Source of the DNA: the human T2T-CHM13v2.0 reference genome, Homo sapiens
Length of the DNA: 64,000 nucleotides
NCBI GenBank assembly: GCA_009914755.4
Contig: CP086569.2
Coordinates: 4,576,001-4,640,000 of the forward strand
Reading direction: 5' to 3'
Shown: positions 58,456 to 64,000 of the stretch, in pieces
Position numbering within the stretch: position 1 is the first letter of the stretch
Layout: each line of letters starts with the position of its first letter
Program-made: the position numbers and the translations under genes
The notes under the pieces: generated by a model
Told to the model about the DNA's origin: nothing
What the model saw: only the letters and a program-made list of their open reading frames with translations
Database searches by the model: none

Positions 58456-61400
58456 TTTAAGAGATTTATTCTGAGCCAAATTATGACTGACCAATGGCCT
58501 GTAACACAGGCCTCAGGAGACTGTAAGAACATGTGCCCAAGGTGGTTAGGCCACAACTTTGTTTTATGCATTTTATGGAGACATAAGGCATCAGTTAATG
58601 CATATATGATGTCCACTGGTTCAGTCCAGAAAGCAGAACAACTGGGAAGCAGGGGCTTCCAAGTCATGGGAGGATTCAAAGATTTTCTGATTGTGAATTG
58701 GTTGAAACAGTTATTACCAATAGAAAGGAATGTCTGGGTTGTGATAAGTGGTTGTGGAGACCAAGGTTTTGTCATGCAGATGAAGCCTCCAGGTAGCCGG
58801 CCTCAGAGAGAAGAGATTGTAAATGTTTCTTATCAGACGTAAAGAATCTGTTCTACCAGTAATTCCAAAAGGAAGAAGGGTGTAATTAAGCATGTCCAGC
58901 TCCCACTTCCCATCATGGCCTGACACTAGTTTTTCAGGCTAACTTTGGAATGCCCTTAGCTGACAGTAAGAGTTTATTTAGATGGTGAAGGGGCTTAGAA
59001 TTTTATTTTTGTTTTACAGGAGATAGTATGGAATGGTAAAGAGGACATGATTAGGTATACAAAGATTTAATTCAGTCAGGCTGTAAGAAAAGCTGTAAGA
59101 AGTATCTACCAATCTTTTCTACTCTTCTTTCCACAGAAAACTCCCTTCTCATTTGTATGAGAGATAACACCCACTCCACTCACTCCTCACAACTCCCTAT
59201 TCTTAACAAATTAACTCACATGCAGATCTTATCAAATATTTAATGGAGAGGTATTTCAGGCTTAAAATAAAATATTTCCCCTAAGCATTTGCCTCATTTA
59301 TTTATTTTGTATTTGTTGACCCATATGTATTGAGAGCATTTTTCTTTCAGGCACTGTGTCAGCTATCATGAAAACAAGTAAATTTGTCTTATGCTACAAC
59401 TAAAGTGTAGACAGGGATCAGTAGGAGAATGGGGCAAAGCCTAATTACCTAGAGGAGTCAGGAAGGTATTCCCAGATAAAATGAAATTTAAGTTGTGTCT
59501 CCTGAACCAAGGAAATCCATTAGGACCTAAAGCATTCTAAAATTTCCTTAACATATTCACAATACAGAAAGTTGAGGATGGAGACATTTTTGTGTGTGGC
59601 AGAAAGTATTTGAAGACAAGGGAAGAGTAATAGCATCCCTCAAATAATAGCACAAATGTGGCCTTATATTCTGCATACTTGAAAGATGCCCCTTTCTTAC
59701 GTTATTTTAGGACGCATCTTCAGGAGGCCTGCACAACAGAGTACACTGTTTTCTGGCTCTGTTCCTTACCTCTCAGATAATTTAAATGGCACAGAGTCAA
59801 ATGAAACAAGAGAAAAATGCCAATATATATGGATGTGTTAAACCGTGAGAAGATATAACATAGCTATTTGAGTTGACAGAAAAGCATCAGATAAGTTTCA
59901 AGAAAAGTTTAAAGATAGATGAAAGTAAGGCAACTCAGTTCAGAAAAATATAACCTAAACTATTATATCTATGCTGTCATTTAAGGCCTAGGAACAGGAC
60001 TCAGGTCACTGTTGACTGTGAATTACTCCAGAAAATGATGAAAACAAAGGACTTTACTTACTGTGGAATTCTCATAGAATACAGTGGGGTTCAGTTACAC
60101 CTAAACCACACTAAATTTGGCAACTTCTGTTGGATAACTAAAAACAGAAAAGGAAAAAGCTAAAAGAAAGGCATATCGAGGAATTCAAAGGATGCTAGAT
60201 TATTTTTCTATATGAATTCAAACTTCATAAAAGACTAAGAACAAAACAGGATTAAAGCGTACTCTTTGACCTTTGAAAGAGATATGATGGTTATGATGAA
60301 AATGAAGATGACATCTCCAATTTAGTGAGTGTCAGACACTTGGTTGTTCAGTTTACATATAACATATATTATCTTCCTTTGGCCTTGCCACATGAAGCAG
60401 ATATAGTTTATAAATAGTAGAAATGCATTGTATAACCAGTGACAACTACGTAAATATGAACCTCCTCTGTTGTATGGTAAATACAAAATATAATAAAAGG
60501 TATTCTGTTTCTAACTAAATACCATATTTTTAATGCCTTTATAAGATCTGATTTCAGGAACTGCATGTAAATTTATTAGTATTTTAAATTAAAAATAAAT
60601 TCACTAATATAAGTGTAAAGAAATCAAGTGAGTTTAAATGTCTTAGATAAAATACATCTTTAATTTTTACTTCAGTATAGCTAATAAACAAATCCAGACA
60701 TGGCTCTTGTCAGATAGCTTTTTTCCTATTTGATTTTCCTTCCCTTGTACTTCCTGCACAGCTTTAACATGGCTCCCACAGCCATGCTTTTTCACAATGA
60801 TACGAAGTGTTGAAATTATCTCTTCTTTTTCAGTACACAAAAATATCATTCTACTGTACAACTTACCACCAAACCCTTATTCCCTGCAAGTTTACACTCA
60901 GGATAATCAGCTACTGTCTGAAGTCTCAAATTCTAGTGAAATGAAACATTTTTGTATTATACACATGCACTTATAATATATTCATTAACATGAATGTGCA
61001 TTATGATATAGGACATGGGAAATAAGGCATTTACTTGAGGAACTGCAAATATTTTACATTTGTTCAACAAACACGTTGAGAATTTACAATGTGCAAAGTA
61101 TTGTGGAAGTCTTTCTTCTTTCCTCTTCCCCCAGTAAAAATGTCCAGCTGTCTCGGCAGGAAAAGAGATTGAGAAGTATAATGAAAGCATACTCTCTGGT
61201 CCTTGTCATTACAGCACTTATCCATGAAGTTGCATGCTAGAAACAGGGAGTCAGTCTTTGTGAAAATTTTGGTCACCATCGCAGCTTTAGACTAGGCTGA
61301 AATAAAGAAAGAGTGTATAGGGTCTAGTCTCTTATCCAAAGCCAAGAAAATAGTTATTTCAAGTTTTTATTTTTAATAAGTGAAAGCATTTATTTCTGTA

Positions 61401-61860
61401 TCAAACTACATATATGTTTTATTAATAGAGAGTTTAATAGAATCATGGGTCTGGATAGCACATATTAGAAGACTTGAATTTTAGTACAGTCATAATAAGT
61501 AATTAATTTATAATAAGAGAGGGAAAAAAAGAACTTCAACCCCAATGCCACAAATAAAATAAAAATTTTAAAAAAATTATGAATGCATAGTATAAAATCA
61601 TGTAGTATATTTACTTAATTGAATACATATCAAAAATTGTTGCCTGTAAAGATTTTATGCATACATAATTTCACATAATTATATATATTTATATCATTGT
61701 ATTATAAATACAAAAATATTCATATAATTATAATTACATATAATTTTTAGAACTAGCTTCCTCTAAACAATAATTGAATTCAGAATAATATAAATCATGT
61801 TAAAGAAATATAACATAAATAATTAAAATTATAAGACAGCAGTTCAAAAGTTCAAATACC

Positions 61861-61865
<5 letters not shown>

Positions 61866-61910
<45 letters not shown>
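61866..61910. repeat. (TA)n microsatellite, about 22 units, followed by a short (CA) run
   Basis: Directly visible. Confidence 0.95.
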
Positions 61911-61919
<9 letters not shown>

Positions 61920-61946
61920 TGCCTTAGGAGATAAAATTATTTTATT

Positions 61947-62012
61947 CTTCAATGAAATATTCATTGTTCTTCAATGAAATATTCATTATTCTTCAATGAA
62001 ATAATTCAACCG
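61947..62012 (+). repeat. Tandem repeat, 3 copies of a 22-bp unit (cttcaatgaaatattcattgtt)
   Basis: cttcaatgaaatattcattgtt cttcaatgaaatattcattatt cttcaatgaaataattcaac. Confidence 0.8.
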
Positions 62013-62584
62013 ATAAGTTTAAATCATTGTTAATTAAGACAATATTATATACTTGAAATTTATATTAATTTTAAGTGTTCAGTTCTAGTTTTATTGTTCA
62101 TACACTGAGCCCTCTTACACACTACCTCAGAAGATGAATATGAGAGCATGATTGCAAATTTCTTTGAAATTTCTCCCCAGCAAAGACTGATTCAGAAAGC
62201 CACATGGGAGAAGCAAAGAAAAGCCAGAGAACACATTCTTTCCTGATCTCTTATATTTGTTCAGAAATACGAAACAACATAAATTGAATTCCAGTTATAG
62301 GTAAAAATGGGGCCATTTCTAGAAAGATGTCTGTGATGGCTCAGACTAGCTCCAATTATATTGCCTTTCTCATTCAAAAAAATTGATCTCCTATTGGCTG
62401 CAGAGAATAATTTGTCTTTTTTATCTGTGATCAAATGAAGATTCATACCTGGTTTCACCGGGAAGTTTAGGATATTGTTGAAAAAAACACTCTTACAAGA
62501 ACTAATTGCACATGACGCTGGAATTAGAATTAATATCTGCTGAGCATTTTACAATTCACAAAGCACATCTATATGTATTATCCT

Positions 62585-62660
62585 ATTTGGTCTCCTAGCA
62601 AACCTGTGAGGAAATATTATTCCCATTTTACAAATAAGGCTCAGAATCTCTGCCTCTTAT
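62585..62660 (-). mobile_element. Possible MIR fragment
   Basis: aaacctgtgaggaaatattattcccattttacaaataaggctcagaatctctgcc is loosely similar to antisense MIR. Confidence 0.35.
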
Positions 62661-63634
62661 GGCTGAAACTTTTTTTTTCTACAACAATTTGACTTACCAT
62701 ATGAGAGATGCCAAATAATAGTTGCAATGCCATATATTGCACATGAAATGTATATTTTTAGAGAATCTATGAAACATCCAAATGCTGCTACTATTTTTGA
62801 TAGCATCTTTCATTTAAAACTCTAATTGTTGACTTCTAATATGAACTGAATTACCCTTTAAGGCAATCACTGCAAATAGAAAGTTCTTCATATACAGTAT
62901 TTTCCCAAATTCTTCGTTAAAATCAAAGTACCTTGCAATGAGTTTTACCCTGAGGTTCCAATATTTTAACAATGAAAAGTCTTTTATTAGTCTGGCATAG
63001 AAAAACATCGAATACATCTGCTTAGGAGGAATGAGAAGTTCTTCCTGTAAGATGAAGGTACTAACTCAAGAAGGGAACTTTGGGAACTCCAAAGCTTGTT
63101 CAGTTCCTACTTTATTTTTATCATAAAAATGTGGCATCTTTCCTACTGCTACTATCTAGGTTAGTAGTCAAGGCCTATGTTTTACAATAAATTATTTTAA
63201 GCCATGTTTCATATCCCTTCCTTTGCCTCAGCCACAGAATTCCGAAAAAGCAAAAGTAGAATAATCTCTCTTAGGAGGCTTCTCATTGTACAACTGCAGT
63301 ATATCCAATACTGACATTTGGGTTATAAGAATTCTCCTCAGTCTACCAATCCTAAATATACCCTAGTTTAACATACTCATTATGTCCCTTGCCAAAAAGC
63401 AGTTAGAGAGAGATTGAGAGAGATGGACTATGATATTTAAGTATATCACATGCCTTTAAGCTTTTGTATACAATCAAAAACAACTTTAAATTAGAAAAAG
63501 CTTATTATGTCATCATCCTCTCATTTTAACTACCAAGAAATAACTGTGCAATGACCACTGTGAACATGGTCCCATTATATATGTGATGGGGTTTTCAAAA
63601 GCCTGTTTATAGACAGTAGTGGCTTTCAAAGAAT

Positions 63635-63894
63635 TTTTTTTCTTTCTTTTTTTGAGACAGAGTTTTGCTCTGTCACTCAGGCTGGAGTGCAGTTGTGCGA
63701 TCTTGGCTCACTGCAACCTCTGCCTCCCAGGTTCAAGCGAATCTCCTGCCTCAGCCTCCTGAGTAGCTGAGATTACAGGTGACTGCCACTACGCCTGGTT
63801 AATTTCTGTATTTTTAGGAGATACGGGGTTTCACCATGTTGGCCAGGCTGATCTCGAACTCTTGACCTCAGGTGATCTGCCCACCTCGGCCTCC
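63635..63894 (-). mobile_element. Alu, 5'-truncated and antisense
   Basis: Poly-T at 63635-63653 followed by gagacagagttttgctctgtcactcaggctggagtgcag...ggccaggctgatctcgaactcttgacctcaggtgatctgcccacctcggcctcc. Confidence 0.9.
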
Positions 63895-64000
63895 ACCTGG
63901 CAACCTTCACAGAATTTCTAATGACAGTACAAATACATTCACACTGTGTCACTAAAGGGAATGAGAATAAAGACTACCATTAATATTTCCTACAAAGGTT

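Overview
This window is mammalian, almost certainly human or another hominid, AT-rich intronic or intergenic DNA. It is not a prokaryotic or accessory-genome locus, and I found no credible novel gene system in it. By eye, well over half of the bases are interspersed repeats, and every long ORF in the six-frame track falls inside a transposable element. The main contents are: (1) a full-length young L1 (L1HS/L1PA2-like) on the minus strand at 52431-58445, flanked by a 10-11 bp target-site duplication and carrying a complete 5'UTR promoter. Its ORF1 is intact at 338 aa, but ORF2 is killed by three small deletions and one nonsense codon. (2) A second, 5'-truncated L1PA copy in the same orientation at 16636-19446. 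(3) Two old L1s of roughly full length: 26898-34432 on the plus strand carries two nested Alus and a 70-bp L1 micro-insertion, and 37300-42706 on the minus strand has an internal deletion and an ambiguous 5' region. (4) An L1PA with a roughly 5-kb internal deletion at 45057-46068, sitting inside a block of ancient L1M fragments (46062-50090). (5) Two pogo-type DNA transposons, each with a TA target duplication at the boundaries that are clear: a near-full-length Tigger2-like element at about 5105-7725 and a Tigger1 internal-deletion derivative at 35439-37157. (6) Four MaLR (THE1/MST-type) LTRs at 9270, 14035, 19752 and 24208, an MLT1-type LTR at 50575, five Alus, several MIR fragments and microsatellites. 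Apart from these there are a few local structural oddities: a 321-bp tandem duplication inside a MaLR, a dispersed ~190-bp duplicated block, and a 23-A run abutting the 5' end of a minus-strand L1. The only possible host-gene signal I could see is a 63-nt open segment with textbook acceptor and donor contexts at 43006-43068. All coordinates are read by eye from the sequence and are approximate to within a few bp unless a target-site duplication fixes them. Family assignments come from memory of consensus sequences and would need RepeatMasker or Dfam to confirm.
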